Below the pieces are notes generated by a model. It had not been told where the DNA came from, did not search any database, and worked only from the letters and a program-made list of their open reading frames with translations. Source: Octopus vulgaris (lineage: Eukaryota). Taken from it: 64,000 nt of DNA. Position 1 is the first letter of the stretch; each line of letters begins with the position of its first letter. Where the stretch lies: contig OX597814.1 of assembly GCA_951406725.2 (NCBI GenBank), positions 1,736,001 through 1,800,000 on the forward strand. The letters are read 5' to 3'. A program made the translations under genes and the position numbers. Below are positions 1 to 14,116 of this stretch, in pieces.

Positions 1-405
1 ACACACACACACACAGTCACTGTCGACATGCACTCTACTAAAACGCACAGAGGAGTCCATCAGTTTAATGCAAAGTTGTTTTGATATTTAACTTGAAATA
101 ACACGATTAATGCGTGTGCGCGTATATGTATATGTGTGTGTGTGTGTGTGCGTGCTTCTGTATGTGCGTTTATGTATATATGCGTGTGTGTGAGTGTGTG
201 TGCGTGCGTATGCATACGATGAGCTTTCACATAATTTCCAGCGGCCAAATTCCGACTGAAGCAGAATGGTCAACTCCAGGCTATAACTGAAGGCATCAGA
301 CATAGGATTCTCATCCGAAATTCTTTCAGCGATTATACATATATACATATGATGTGTATATATATGTGTGTGTATGCATATATATGTATATGTAATATGT
401 GTGAA

Positions 406-780
406 TATATATATATATATATACGTATATGTGTATATACATATATATATATATTGTATATATAGATGCATATATATATATCTGTATGTATCTATATAAA
501 TATATATATATATATATACGTATATGTGTATATACGTATATATATATATTGTATATATAGATGCATATATATATCTGTATGTATCTATATAAATATATAT
601 ATATATATACGTATATGTGTATATACATATATATATTGTATATATAGATGCATATATATATTTGTATGTATCTATATAAATATATATATATATATACGTA
701 TATGTGTATATACATATATATATTGTATATATAGATGCATATATATATTTGTATGTATCTATATAAATATATATATAATA
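406..780. repeat. Higher-order minisatellite (~86-95 bp unit, ~4 copies) built from TA microsatellite
   Basis: Anchors tacgtatatgtgtatatac, atagatgcat and gtatgtatctatataaat recur in the same order four times, separated by variable (TA)n. Confidence 0.8.
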
Positions 781-1778
781 ATGTATATATATATGTATAT
801 ACATGTATAGATACATACATATATCTGTATGTATATATATGCATGTATATATATAAATATCTATACATGTATAATTTTTATACATATATACATGCATACA
901 TACATACGCATATATATAATATATATATATGAGTGCAAACGTACAGGTAATGTAATACATGTAAACGCATGTGCGTCTGTATTTGTATAAAAGTGTTTTT
1001 CTTCTGAACATGAACATTGTAACAAGATTATATAATTAAGTGTGAGGGGAGAGAGTAAGGAAGAAGGGAGTGTGAAAGAGGAGGAAGAGGAGGTGGTGAA
1101 TAAAAACACATCTTAAATATATTGTATATCGCCATCTTTGGTGAAGTGCTGAAAATTGTCATTAAATTGAATTAAATTAAGAAAAAAAAAACAAGACGAT
1201 AGATGTTCCATGTATGTATGCATGTATGTAAATGAATATACACTTTTATATACGAATATATATATATACGTATAAATGTGTATTTTTGTACTTATGTATC
1301 TATATACGTTTGCATATGTATATACATGTGCGTGTGTGTGAGTGTGTGTGCGTTTATATGTGCATATGTATACACACTTGCATGTATGTATGTATGTATG
1401 TATGTATGTATGTATGTATACATGCATGTTTACATGTATGCGTGTGTATATATATATATATATATGCATGTATCAACGTTTCGAATATGCGTGCTTGTGT
1501 ATACGTAGTTTTATATATATATTTCTTTACGTTTATTTATTTTCTCCCTTTTTTTTTTTGCCAAGACAAATTCCTTTTTAATTTGGCAAGTGATTCCGTG
1601 AAAGTGGAAGAAAGGAGATAAAATGAATGATGAATATATATGTACATCACTAAAGAGACAGATAAATAAACATGTAAGGAATCAAATACATCTATATAAA
1701 AAAAAAAAACATGTATATATATTTAAAAAAATAATTTATGTATGTATGTATGTATATAACAACCCCACTATTTATTGA

Positions 1779-1821
<43 letters not shown>

Positions 1822-1833
1822 GTAGATAGATAG

Positions 1834-1882
<49 letters not shown>

Positions 1883-2018
1883 TAGATAGATAGATATAAC
1901 TATAGATGTATATATATATGTATATATATATATAAAATTTTATATATATATATAACAGTATATGTATATAGATAGATAGACTGATAGAAATATATATATA
2001 TATATATACATATATATA

Positions 2019-2060
<42 letters not shown>

Positions 2061-2141
2061 TAGATAGATATAAAGAATATATATGTATGTATATATATAT
2101 ATATACATATATATAAATATATACATATATATACATATAAT

Positions 2142-2180
<39 letters not shown>

Positions 2181-2220
2181 CATACACCCACATATATATG
2201 CCCACACAGATAGACACACT

Positions 2221-2266
<46 letters not shown>

Positions 2267-2585
2267 CATGAGCATAGATTGAATGAGACAAGCAAATTGA
2301 TAAATGGAAAACAGAAAGACGAAAACTAAGGAGTCCTCTCAAAGAAAAAAAAAAAAAGAGGGAGCCCGAACGCCGCCATGAGTAAGTAAAAGAGAATAAA
2401 ATATCTGAAAAAAAAAAAAATTCCAATAAATAGTAATAAAAATGATATAAGCCTGAAGATAGATATATCAAAGCAATTCAATTAATTGCTTGTTTTTTTT
2501 TTTGTCTGCCTTCACATCACATTGGTGAGGGTGGAGATGGTGTACATGTGTGAGGAAGGCTTATGAGGGCGGTGGGGACATTGGT

Positions 2586-2831
2586 GATGCTGCTGCTGCT
2601 GATGATGATGATGGTGGTTTGTAGTAGTTGTGGTGGTGGTGGTGATGCTGCTAATTATGACGGTGTGAACGACGACGACGACGATGGCTACGGCGATGAT
2701 GATGATGATGTCGATGATGATGATGACGATAGTGATGATGATGATGATGATGTCGATGATGATGATGATGATGATGACAACGACGACGAGGATGATGATG
2801 ATGTTGATGATGATGATGATGATGATGATGT

Positions 2832-2869
<38 letters not shown>

Positions 2870-2870
2870 T

Positions 2871-2942
<72 letters not shown>

Positions 2943-3020
2943 CGATAGTGATGATGATGATGATGATGATGATAATGATGATGACAACGACGACGAGAAT
3001 GATGATGACGTTGATGATGT

Positions 3021-3059
<39 letters not shown>

Positions 3060-3131
3060 CGACGACGATGACGATGACGATGATGATGTTGATCATGATG
3101 ACAGTGATGATGACGGTGATGATGGTGGTGG

Positions 3132-3166
<35 letters not shown>

Positions 3167-3505
3167 GTGATGACGACGATGACGACGATGATAGTAATGA
3201 TGATGAAGATGATGATGATGATGGGTGATACATGGTAGTGATGTTGACACTAGTGTTGATGCTGGTTCTGGTCGTAGTGGGAGTGATGGTGATGATGATG
3301 ATGATGATGATGATGGTGTTGCTAGTAGTGATGATGCTGATGAAGATGAAAAACAACGACGATGATGGTGACGGCGATGATGCTGTTGTTGGTAACTAAT
3401 GATGATAGTCATAACGATGACAAAGATGATGATGATGTTGTTGATAATGATGATGATGATGATGATAATGACGACGACGAGAATGATGACGTTGATGATG
3501 ATAGT
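2586..3505. repeat. Compound (GAT/GAC/GGT)n trinucleotide array
   Basis: About 900 bp of GAT with GAC/GTT/GGT interruptions; source of the poly-D/M/I/H pseudo-ORFs. Confidence 0.95.
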
Positions 3506-3863
3506 GGTACAGACTTTATAACTTTTCAAACACTATTTTTTTGTTTGTTCTTCAATTTTTTTCCCCTTTTCGTTAAAGCGCTTTTGGCTTCAAAGTAGGA
3601 CATACTATACCTACCTACCTACCTACCTACCTACCTACCTACCTACCTACCTACCTACCTACCTACCTACATACATACATATGAACGTATATACATATAC
3701 ATATATATATAATATTTATATATATACATACACATACATATGTACCAACATTCATTTATGTACATGTATGCATATATATATATACATATATATATTTGTG
3801 TTCCATACGTAACCTTCTCATTCAACCACCTTCCCTATTTATATGCGCGTGTGTGGGTGTGTG

Positions 3864-3897
<34 letters not shown>

Positions 3898-4570
3898 TAA
3901 TAATTATTTATCTATGTATAACATAATTATTTATATATCTTTTCGCACACACACACGTATTTAAAAATGGCTCCCATGTAATTGATATTACATATAATTT
4001 CTAAGAAACATGTGTGTATATGTATGTCTGTGTATTCACATACAGACATATAAGAATATATATATTTGTGTGTGTGTGTGTGTGTATACATATATATGTT
4101 TATGTGCGTGTACATATATGTATATATATATATATGAATATGTATATACATGTGTATGTATATGTACATACAAACATACATACATACATACATATATATA
4201 TAAAAGAATATGTTCTTATATATGTGTGTTTCGTGTATGTATATACATAGATATTGCACGAATATGTGTATATACACTAAGCACTACGCCATGTGTATGC
4301 CCATAGATGTACTTCATAGATAGCATATACGAAAATAAACACTTATCTACCAAATCCACATATTAGAAATATCCCATAATGCTACTTCATCTCTCTACGT
4401 TCAAACTCACGTTCATCCAGCTAAATAACCATGTTGTACACGATAATTCATGTTTTACATTCATCGACTGCGCTACATTTACAAATTCGTTATAATGTTA
4501 AAATCGCGAATTACGACTCTGTGTAAGATAATATTTTAAAGTATTTTATTCTATATTTCTCCTCATATTT

Positions 4571-4664
<94 letters not shown>

Positions 4665-4680
4665 ATATATATATATATAT

Positions 4681-4869
4681 ATTTGCCATGATAGATCACC
4701 AGCCACAAAATCTTTTCTATTTTCTCTCCCTGTTTATTTCCGTGTTCTTTTCTGTCGAAGAGCATAGGCGCGAAATGTAAAAGACTTTCTCACTTCCCGA
4801 GCGTTAAACTACTACACCTTCTTGTTGTTTACACACTCTTTCTCGTCTTTTGTTTTTTCTAAATTTTCA

Positions 4870-4872
<3 letters not shown>
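4681..4872 (+). mobile_element. Short dispersed repeat family C (~190 bp) with HHR-like motif at ~4747-4784
   Basis: Homologous to 9741-9936, 22318-22481(-) and 35555-35762; motif ttt-CTGTCGA-A-GAGCataggCGC-GAAA-TG-TA-aaaga; TA microsatellite on both sides. Confidence 0.7.
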
Positions 4873-4900
<28 letters not shown>

Positions 4901-4904
4901 CTAG

Positions 4905-5233
4905 GTAGGAGCTCTCCATCCTTTATGATGACGAGGGTCCCCGTTGATCCGATCAATGGAACACCTTGCTCGTGAAATTAACGTGCAAGTGGCTGAGCAC
5001 TCCACAGACACGTGTACCCTTAACATAGCTCTCAGGGAGATTCAGCGTGACACAGTGTGTGACAAGGCTGGCCCCTTTGAATTACAGGTGCTATTCAATT
5101 TTGCCAACTGAGTGGACTGGAGCAAGGTGAAATAAAGTGTCTTGCTCAAGGACACAACGCGTCACCGGGAATTGAATTCACGACCTTATGATTGCGAGCC
5201 GAATGCCCTAACCACTAAGCCACGCGCCTTCAC
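4905..5233 (-). mobile_element. tRNA-derived SINE with CORE-like segment (octopus OR/OK-type)
   Basis: Minus strand: A box TGGCTTAGTGG, B box GAATTCAATTCC, then gtgtccttgagcaagacact; 3' tail shared with 6057-6441. Confidence 0.85.
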
Positions 5234-5257
5234 ATATATATACACATATGTATAATT

Positions 5258-5433
5258 ATTTCTTTATTGCCCACAAGTGGCTAAACATAGAGGGGACAAA
5301 CAAAGACAGACAAAGGGATTAAGTCGATTACATCGACTCCAATGCCCAAGGTGCCACGCAGTGGGACTGAGACTGAACCCGGAACCATGAGGTTGGTAAG
5401 CAAGCTACTTACCACACAGCCACGCTTGCGCCT
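5258..5433 (-). mobile_element. Fused SINE fragments (family B tail plus family A head)
   Basis: 5258-5341 matches the family B tail and 5346-5433 the family A head, both reversed. Confidence 0.75.
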
Positions 5434-6056
5434 ATGAATGTGTTCCATATGAATGTATTCCATATGAATGTATTCCGAAAAGTTTCACCACCATGTTTTT
5501 ATCAATGTTTGTGCTGATAAGAGCACAAAGAGGGAGAGGGAGAGAGAGAGAGAGGGGGAGAGAGAGAGAGAAAGAGAGCGGGAGAGAGGGCGGGGAGTGG
5601 GAACATAACATATTTAATCCTCCGCTCAGTCAAAACCAAAATGTCGTACACGGTTTAGAAGCAAATTATAGATCTTACCCAATGCCATAGCCAATGCTTT
5701 TCAATTAAATACTATGATTAATTAATTGTTGTAACCGAAACTTATTAATTAATTACAAGCATAATGAGATTCTTAAATCTATCAGTAGCTACGGGAATAG
5801 TTTGAGATGTGTGACAGAGGTGATCGTTTGGTTTCGTAACATTCTTACATAACATTCAAGGATCACAAGGCAATTGTTTTATTGACTTAGCGGATTGCTT
5901 ATATCATCGACTAAATGCGAGATAAGTACGGTTCATAGCACCATCTCAGACGCTATTCTTCTAAGAATTCATACAGAAACTTATTAAATATTCTAACAGT
6001 AGCGAATATTTGTAATAAGCATTTATATACATTTACGCATTTTTATATAATTGTAT

Positions 6057-6441
6057 GTGGAGGCGCAATGGCCCAGTGGTTAGGGCAGCGGACTTACAGT
6101 CGTAGGATCGCAGTTTCGATTCCAAGACCGGGCGTTGTGAGTGTTTATTGAGCGGAAACACCTAAAGCTCCACGAGGCTCCGGCAGGGGGTGGTGGCGAA
6201 CCCTGCTGTACTATTTCACCACAACTTTCTCTCACTCTTTTTTTCCTGTTTCTGTTGTACTTGTATTTCAAATTGGCCAGCCTTGTCACATTCTGTGTCA
6301 CGCTGAATCTCCCCTCACCCCCGAGAACTACATTGAGTGTACACGTGTGTGTGGAATGTTCAGTCACGCTAATTTCACGAGCAGGCTGTTCCGTTGAACG
6401 AATCAACTGGGACCCTCGTCGTCGCAACCGACGGAGTGCCA
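6057..6441 (+). mobile_element. tRNA-derived SINE, full length
   Basis: A box TGGCCCAGTGG, B box GTTTCGATTCC; head/body shared with 37308-37620 and tail shared with 4905-5233. Confidence 0.85.
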
Positions 6442-6957
6442 AATTTAATTGTATTTTATCCATCGATAAGTTACTCTTTCCTTCAAAATACATTTTTATC
6501 GAGAAGATTTACACATCAGCCAATAATTCAGGTGTCCAAGTGGTCATGCATACCAGAATACCATTACGGTTTTTCTTATCATGCCTACAGGTAAAAGAAT
6601 GACGGTAATTCTTTTGAGTTGGTGATGGGTGCCTGAGTTTCTGCAGAACTTGGTTGTGAATTTATTGGTCTCTACATTTACTTCTATCGTGTAATAAGTT
6701 TAATTTTTGCAGTTTGGTTTTATTTCAAGACGATGGAATTATTAACATATAGGATTCGATTTGATAACGGTTAGAATCAGAAGAGATCTTTATGGGTCAC
6801 TTAAAGACTTATTCAGAAGAATTACATTTGACACAAACTTACATACATCTATCCACTCAGGTTCTTTGGAAGAATATCAAAAAGCTGTGGGCCCTTGAAA
6901 CAGGTTGTTGCAGTAATGAAGTAATGAATGAATATATATATAGATATACACATACAT

Positions 6958-7044
<87 letters not shown>

Positions 7045-7178
7045 AGTGTGAGTGTGTATATATATATATATACATATATATAGTGACCACTAGGGATCGA
7101 TATATTCGACTTTCTCCTCCCCGAACTTGCTGGTCAATATTATAACTAATATCTCTAACGTAATATTTGCGACTCATA

Positions 7179-7355
7179 AGGCGGCGAGCTGGCAGAAACG
7201 CCGGGCTAAATTAGTTCAAATTCCGCCGATGTCGTCTTTGCCTTTCATCCTTTCGGGGTCGATAAATTAAGTACCAGTTGCGTACTGGTGTCGATCTAAT
7301 TGTTTGCCCCCACCCCTCCCCACCAAAAATTTCGGACTCTGTGCCTAGATTAGAA
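7179..7355 (+). mobile_element. SINE family B (central domain gcctttcatcctttcggggtcgataaa, Meta-domain-like)
   Basis: Head aggcggcgagctggcagaaacg, B box agttcaaattcc, conserved central domain. Confidence 0.85.
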
Positions 7356-7434
7356 AAACAAATAATTTACATGTATTTAACGTTTTAGACATCAAGGTGA
7401 AGTTATAAAAATAATTGATATTACTTTAAATCTG

Positions 7435-7636
7435 TTCTACTCTAGGCACAAGGGCCCAACATTCGGGAGAAGGGACCAGTCGATTAGATCGACCTCAGTA
7501 CGCAACTGGTACTTAATTTATCGACCCCGAAAGGATGAAAGGCAAAGTCGACCAGGGCGGAATTTGAACTCAGAACGTAATGACAGACGAAATACCGCTA
7601 AGAATTTAGCCCGGCGTTTCTGCCAGCTCGCCGCCT
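7435..7636 (-). mobile_element. SINE family B
   Basis: Reverse complement of the family B sequence seen at 8131-8388. Confidence 0.85.
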
Positions 7637-7738
7637 TATGAGTCGCAAATATTACGTTAGAGAAATTAGTAATAATATTGACCAGCAAGTTCGGGGAGGA
7701 GGAAAGTCGAATATATCGATCCCTAGTGGTCAGCTATA

Positions 7739-7840
<102 letters not shown>

Positions 7841-7884
7841 ATGTATGTGTATATCTATATATATATATATATTCATTACTTCAT

Positions 7885-8435
7885 TACTGCAACAACCTGG
7901 GTTTCAAGGGCCCACAGCTTTCTGATATTCTTCCAAAGAACCTGAGTGGATATAGATGTAGGTGTTTTCAAAACAAACTGGACCTCTTTCTGTCGAAAGT
8001 CCCAGATGAACCTCCTTTGCGGCAGGACGTGCAAATGTGAGCAGCAACATTAAACTCCCTTATTCACCAAATGCCACATATCAGAGGAGGCTCTCAATAA
8101 TAGCAGGGTAGTAAAACGATAGTGCCCCAGGCGAGCTGGCAGGCGGCGAGCTAGCAGGCGGCGAGCTGGCAGAAACGTTAGCAGGCCGGGCGAAATGCTT
8201 AGCGGTATTTCGTCTGCGTTACGTTGTGAGTTCAAATTCCGCCGAGGTCGACTTTGCCTTTCATCCTTTCGGGGTCGATAAATTAAGTACCAGTTACGCA
8301 CTGGGGTCGATGTAATCGACTTAATACCTATGTCTGTCCTTGTTTGCCCCCTCTGTGTTTAGCCCCTTGTGGGTAATAAAGAAATAGGTAGTGCCCCAGC
8401 ATGGCCGCAGCTTTGAGCTGAATCCGATAAAAGAG
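7885..8435 (+). mobile_element. 3' end of CR1/L2-group LINE (ORF2 C-terminus plus 3' UTR), interrupted by a SINE
   Basis: Translates YCNNLGFKGPQL..ILPKNL..KLDLFLSKVPDEP; 3' UTR ends gtgccccagcatggccgcagc...ataaaagag; related copy at 25960-26166(-). Confidence 0.75.
8131..8388 (+). mobile_element. SINE family B, full length, with 11-bp target site duplication
   Basis: tagtgccccag at 8120-8130 and 8389-8399; head motif ggcgagct(g/a)gcag present three times. Confidence 0.9.
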
Positions 8436-8953
8436 TATATGGATCTAGTTAAATTGATTCGCAAAATCACCCCCCTTTAATTTTGCTCAGATCGCTTTTA
8501 ATTTTGGCGTATCGATGCAACTCTGAATTTTTATTACGATCAATCAGTTACTTTATCTCGTAAATTAAAGAATCTGATGTTATTGGGAAATTTGCGTAAA
8601 TTTTAGCCAATCAACAGATAGCGGGGCATTAATAGCTTGTTACCATGACAACCGCACGTTTTGATGTGTTTCACTTCACCCACGTCAGTGCCACACGTTA
8701 AACTGTGTTGATTCATCATACCACGGGATTCATTTCACCCGCGTGTTTTGTTTTAATTTTTCTGTGGGGTGATATCAAATAATTTGACACCATTTTTGAA
8801 TTCTGCATGCAAAAACATATAAGATACAGGTATTCTCTGTCTTGAGACAGATTCTTTGTTAACCAGTGGTATTCTTATCGTAGTTTACAAATCTAAGCAT
8901 GAAAACGTTACTCAGCTTTGGAGCTTCGGAGACGGATACCCCCTTGACACACA

Positions 8954-8987
<34 letters not shown>

Positions 8988-9477
8988 AAGAGACGAATGC
9001 ATAAATGTACATATAAACTTACATATGAATACATACATCCACATGCACTTATATATTAATGATGAACACAAATACATGACGGGTATACATAATACTGAAA
9101 TACGCATAAAGTAAACAGATGCAGACAAATACATTAATATAACAAAAAATAATAAAAACATACAAAACACTATTAATGAAAAGACAAAAGAAACAGTAAG
9201 AGGATACGTGTTGACTTAATTAGGTAACAGGTCAGTTCACAGACGCTAATCTATAAATTTCACAGGGTACAACCTTAAAGTTTACTCCGCTAAAACGCAG
9301 AAAATTTGTCTCAGTATTCGCGAAAAATACACTGCTTTTTTTTTCGATTTTCATGGGTTCACGCTATAAGAGTGGAAAACTACATCAATATAACCGATTT
9401 TCAGATTTTTTACTTCTTTTTAAGAAATGTAGATTCTGTGAATCAATTTAACTTCATCTGTATATGTATATATACAG

Positions 9478-9632
9478 TGTGTTTACGTCCACGTAACTTA
9501 GCGGTTCTACAAAAAGAGAACCGATAGAATAAGTACTAGGCTATAAGCAATAAGTCCTGGGGTCGATACGCTCGACTAAAGGCAGTGCTCTAGAATGGCC
9601 GCAGTCAAATGACTTGAAACAAATAAAAAGAA
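9478..9632 (+). mobile_element. SINE family A, 3' half
   Basis: gtgtttacgtccacgtaacttagcggtt...gaataagtactagg...gccgcagtcaaatgac matches 62389-62853. Confidence 0.85.
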
Positions 9633-9740
9633 TATATATAATATATTTATGTATGTATTGACGCAAAAATACGTAAAAATACACACTTGCTCACACAAGC
9701 ATTTATGAAAACACACACACTCACACACACACATATATAT

Positions 9741-9936
9741 ATTCGCCATGATGGATCGCTAGCCTCTACACATTCTTTATTTTCTCTCCTTGTTTCTTTC
9801 TGTGTTTCTTTCTGTGGAAGAGCGTAGACTCGAAACGTTAAAGACTTTTTCACTTCCCTAGCGTTATACTAATACATCTGTTTGTTGTCTACACCACCTG
9901 TCTTCGTCTTTTGGTTTCTTTGTGAATTCTCCCAAT
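9741..9936 (+). mobile_element. Family C repeat with HHR-like motif at 9807-9844
   Basis: TCTTT-CTGTGGA-A-GAGCgtagACTC-GAAA-CG-TT-AAAGA. Confidence 0.75.
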
Positions 9937-9947
9937 ATGCATACATA

Positions 9948-10023
<76 letters not shown>

Positions 10024-10084
10024 AATGTATGTATGTATGTATGTATGTATGTATGTATGTATGTATGTATGTATGTATGTATGC

Positions 10085-10135
<51 letters not shown>

Positions 10136-10229
10136 TCGTAAAATATAGGATAGCGAACTTTTATAGACATTTCACTACCAGTGGCCTAGCATGTATAAAA
10201 AGTCAATAGACAGCATATTCTCCAGATAA

Positions 10230-10386
10230 AATTAGTGTACATTTAAACACAAAAGAGGCGACCTTTAACAGGCAGTCTTGCAAAAAATTGCTCTCAAATG
10301 TGGTTTTGGTCGTTTTGACTGCTCCTTCTAGCGTGTAAGGTTGCCTGTTAAAGGTCGCCTCTTTTGTGTTTAAATGTACACAAATT
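10230..10386. mobile_element. PLE-type terminal fragment with ~45-bp inverted copy of its own end
   Basis: gtgtacatttaaacacaaaagaggcgacctttaacaggca is the exact reverse complement of ~10342-10381; 10286-10386 is homologous to 22772-22873. Confidence 0.7.
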
Positions 10387-10411
10387 CATATATATATATA
10401 TATCAAATTAA

Positions 10412-10461
<50 letters not shown>

Positions 10462-10972
10462 GTATGTATGTATACATGAATGTATATAATCTATGGCATT
10501 TATATTTATATATTTATGTGCGTGTGTGTGTGTGTGTGTGTATGTGTGTGTGTGTGGTGTGTGTGTGTATGTGGGTATCTTGTATTTATTTATTGATGAA
10601 TTTAAGATTTTCTATGAGCGATTTAATTTTAATGTCATTATGTTAAGAGGTGAAAATACATATATTTAAGATATTTGGAGATAAACGTATGGAATATAAG
10701 TTAACCCCAGAGGCATATAAACACCACACACAAACACACACGCGCGTGCACACCCACCCACACACAAACGCATACACACGCATACATTTCTCGCGCACAC
10801 ACTTAAAAATATGCTTACATTTGCATATGTACAAAGTTTTCGACGCACTTATAGAATTACATTTTTCGATCTCTCTCTCTTTTTCTCTCTGTATATGTGT
10901 GTGTAGCTGTGTGCATGTCTCACGTGTATATATATATATATGGGTGTGTATATATATATATGTGCATATATA

Positions 10973-11011
<39 letters not shown>

Positions 11012-11050
11012 GTATACATATATATAAATATGTGTATATATATCTATATA

Positions 11051-11087
<37 letters not shown>

Positions 11088-11183
11088 CATACTTAAATAA
11101 ATATTTATAAAATTATACATACGCATATGTGCTACAAATACATATAGATGTGTATGTACCATATATAATATAGGCGAGCTTAT

Positions 11184-11284
<101 letters not shown>

Positions 11285-11824
11285 TATCTATATACGTATA
11301 TATATACGTATATATATACATATATATATGTATGTATATATGTATGTATGTATGTATGTATACATATATGCAATTATAGACCTTACGTAGATACTTATAA
11401 ACGTACACCTTTACACATTGACACACATACTGTCAGGTGTATATGATGATTTAAGGCAGTAAATCTAATAATCATATCTATATATGCATTAGTGAGTGAA
11501 GCCCAGCTGAGCGATAGGTGCCTATCTGCAGACTACATTACATCTGCTGCACTCCGATGCGCACTAATACTGCACATGTTACAAGATTACTAATCATAAT
11601 TGGTTTATTATGATGGCAACTTTCGATAAATCCTAGGTGCTGATGGTGATCTTACCTGCGTAATGCCAAGCCTAATGTATGTGTGTGTGTGTGTGTGTGT
11701 GCGTGTGTGCGTGTATGTGTGTAAGTTTGTTTGTGTGTATGTGTGTGTATTAGACATAGCATTACTCAAGTAAGACAACCATGAGCATACGTGATTGTAT
11801 ATATATATATATATATACGTATAT

Positions 11825-11856
<32 letters not shown>

Positions 11857-11878
11857 GCACAGACACACACACACACAG

Positions 11879-11915
<37 letters not shown>

Positions 11916-12100
11916 CCTCTGTGTGTATGTCCATATATGTGTGTATGTCCATATGTGTGTGTGTGTTTGTATGTTTGTATGTTTGCCCCCATGTGTTTTT
12001 GTATATCTATATATTTAATTGTAGCTAGAGTCGAAATTATATAATATTATATAGTACGTACTCCGATATAAATTCATACATACATACATACATGCATCTT

Positions 12101-12147
<47 letters not shown>

Positions 12148-12155
12148 CTATACAT

Positions 12156-12207
<52 letters not shown>

Positions 12208-12285
12208 TATATATATGTATATATATATATATATATATATGCTAATTCATATATACATATATATATCTACACACACACACGCATA

Positions 12286-12316
<31 letters not shown>

Positions 12317-12486
12317 ATATAGATATATATCACATATATATATACATTATATCATATATATATATATATATATACACCTATATAAACTTTCACTTTAGCT
12401 GGAAGGTAGTGTTTTCCGAATGTTCTATTCTTTTATCTTCCGAATTATCGGAATAATGATTAAAGAAGACAAACATATCCCAGTGA

Positions 12487-12580
<94 letters not shown>

Positions 12581-13415
12581 GTGTGTATGTATGCATATCA
12601 CATACATATATACATATAATATACTTACACCCACACACGCACACACACAGACACACACATATATGTATATATAATTCGAAGAAATTTGGACGCATTTCAA
12701 TGAACAGATAGCGCTGTCCAAAAACTTGCTGATATTTTAGATAAACCACAAGTGAAAGCCAGTTTACCTCCACTAAATGTATTCCCATTAACAATTTTGA
12801 TATATATTATTATTTTATTGTAGAGATTTTACTGTAATATTATTGAAAGTTTCTTTTTTTTATAAAAAATGTACTGTTTTACCAGAGGTTTATCACTGAA
12901 ATCTAAAAATTTGCCGTTATTGGTAGAGATATGTGAATTATGATCTGTTAGTACCGTGTTCTATGTAAGAGTAAAACACTTGGTGTCTCCAGGTGGCCAG
13001 GTATTGTAAAGTATATTACTACATCTAGAAAATCTTGACAGATTATTCATAATTAATATTATTTTCTTACTCATTACAAAGAACTTAAAACTTCTAATCA
13101 TAGGTAATGATATACAGCACCATTTCATTCTTATTTGAAATCGTCAGTATGACATAATCCGTCGTAATAAATTACACTAAATTAAACATATCATTAAGCG
13201 AGGAATCTCTTGGAGATGGACCGTAATTACAGTTTAGAAGATACGCAATGTTTTCTCTTCCTTTCTTTGTTTTTCTTTTTTTTTCTTCATGGATCGATAA
13301 TAAAGAAGCAACTAGAAGAGACACGAGAGAAGTTATAATAAATACATAAGACACAATTTAAATGAATTACCACTAGATTTGGAAGTAATTTATAATTGAA
13401 CAAACTTACCATATA

Positions 13416-13576
13416 CCGTATTTTAACGTGTATAAGGAAGCCTCTAATTCTGGGGTCTTGAAATTTGAAAAAAAGGTTTTGTAAGGGATTATAATATTAT
13501 TCATGTATAAGAAACTCCAATATTTTTAAACCTAAATTTTGGTAGAAATGTGTTTCTTATACACGTTAAAATACGG
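13416..13576. mobile_element. MITE, pogo/Tc2-like (CCGTA termini)
   Basis: Perfect 21-bp TIR ccgtattttaacgtgtataag with TA on both sides. Confidence 0.85.
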
Positions 13577-13839
13577 TATTTCAACATTATTTTCATTCGA
13601 TCTTTAACAGCTAAACTGCAATTGTTTGTATGTGTCTTGTTGATTGGACTAATGTAACGGCAAAGTGTGCAAAAAGGGATTTAAATTATGTAAAAGTATG
13701 AGAGAACCTGATAAGAACAGTTGAGTTATCTGAATGATCGCACGAACTAAAATGAGGTTGGGGTAACATGTCGTAAAATATCTTGGATGATCTGATGATA
13801 AGAATTTAATACAGCAATAAAGTGAAATATGACAGAATA

Positions 13840-14113
13840 GTACATTATTTACATTATTTACATTATTTACATTTGACAGATATTTATCCTCATCTTGTTT
13901 GATGTTAACAAAACGTTTCGGCTGATGTACTCTCCAGCTTTCATCAGGTGTATTGGGGGAAATTTCGAAATTGGGTTCTCATTCCTAAGGTATTTTTCGA
14001 TGTTGTTGTTGTTATTGTTATTATTATTATTATTATTATTATTCGGGTCACTAGATCGAACTCAGAATCTTGGGGTTAGTAGGACGCGTTCTTAACCACT
14101 ACGCCATATGCCC
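13840..14113 (-). mobile_element. tRNA-headed SINE with HHR-like 3' region (HHR 13908-13951)
   Basis: Minus strand: A box TGGCGTAGTGG, B box GAGTTCGATC, (AAT/AAC)n spacer, then ACAC-CTGATGA-A-AGCTG..CAGCC-GAAA-CG-TT-TTGT and a (aataatgta)n tail. Confidence 0.75.
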
Positions 14114-14116
14114 GTG

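Noticed and set aside
88-2295. Long ORFs rich in Y/I/C/V/H/T
   Set aside because: Translations of (TA)n, (TG)n and (TATG)n, which lack stop codons; the same applies to most ORFs in the track
2512-3598. Poly-Asp ORF resembling an acidic biomineralisation protein
   Set aside because: Open in most frames on both strands because it is a GAT microsatellite; no credible non-repetitive domain or splice context
6060-6135. tRNA gene candidates (also 5160-5233, 14042-14113, 37545-37620)
   Set aside because: A/B boxes are present but acceptor stems are incomplete and the sequence runs into SINE bodies
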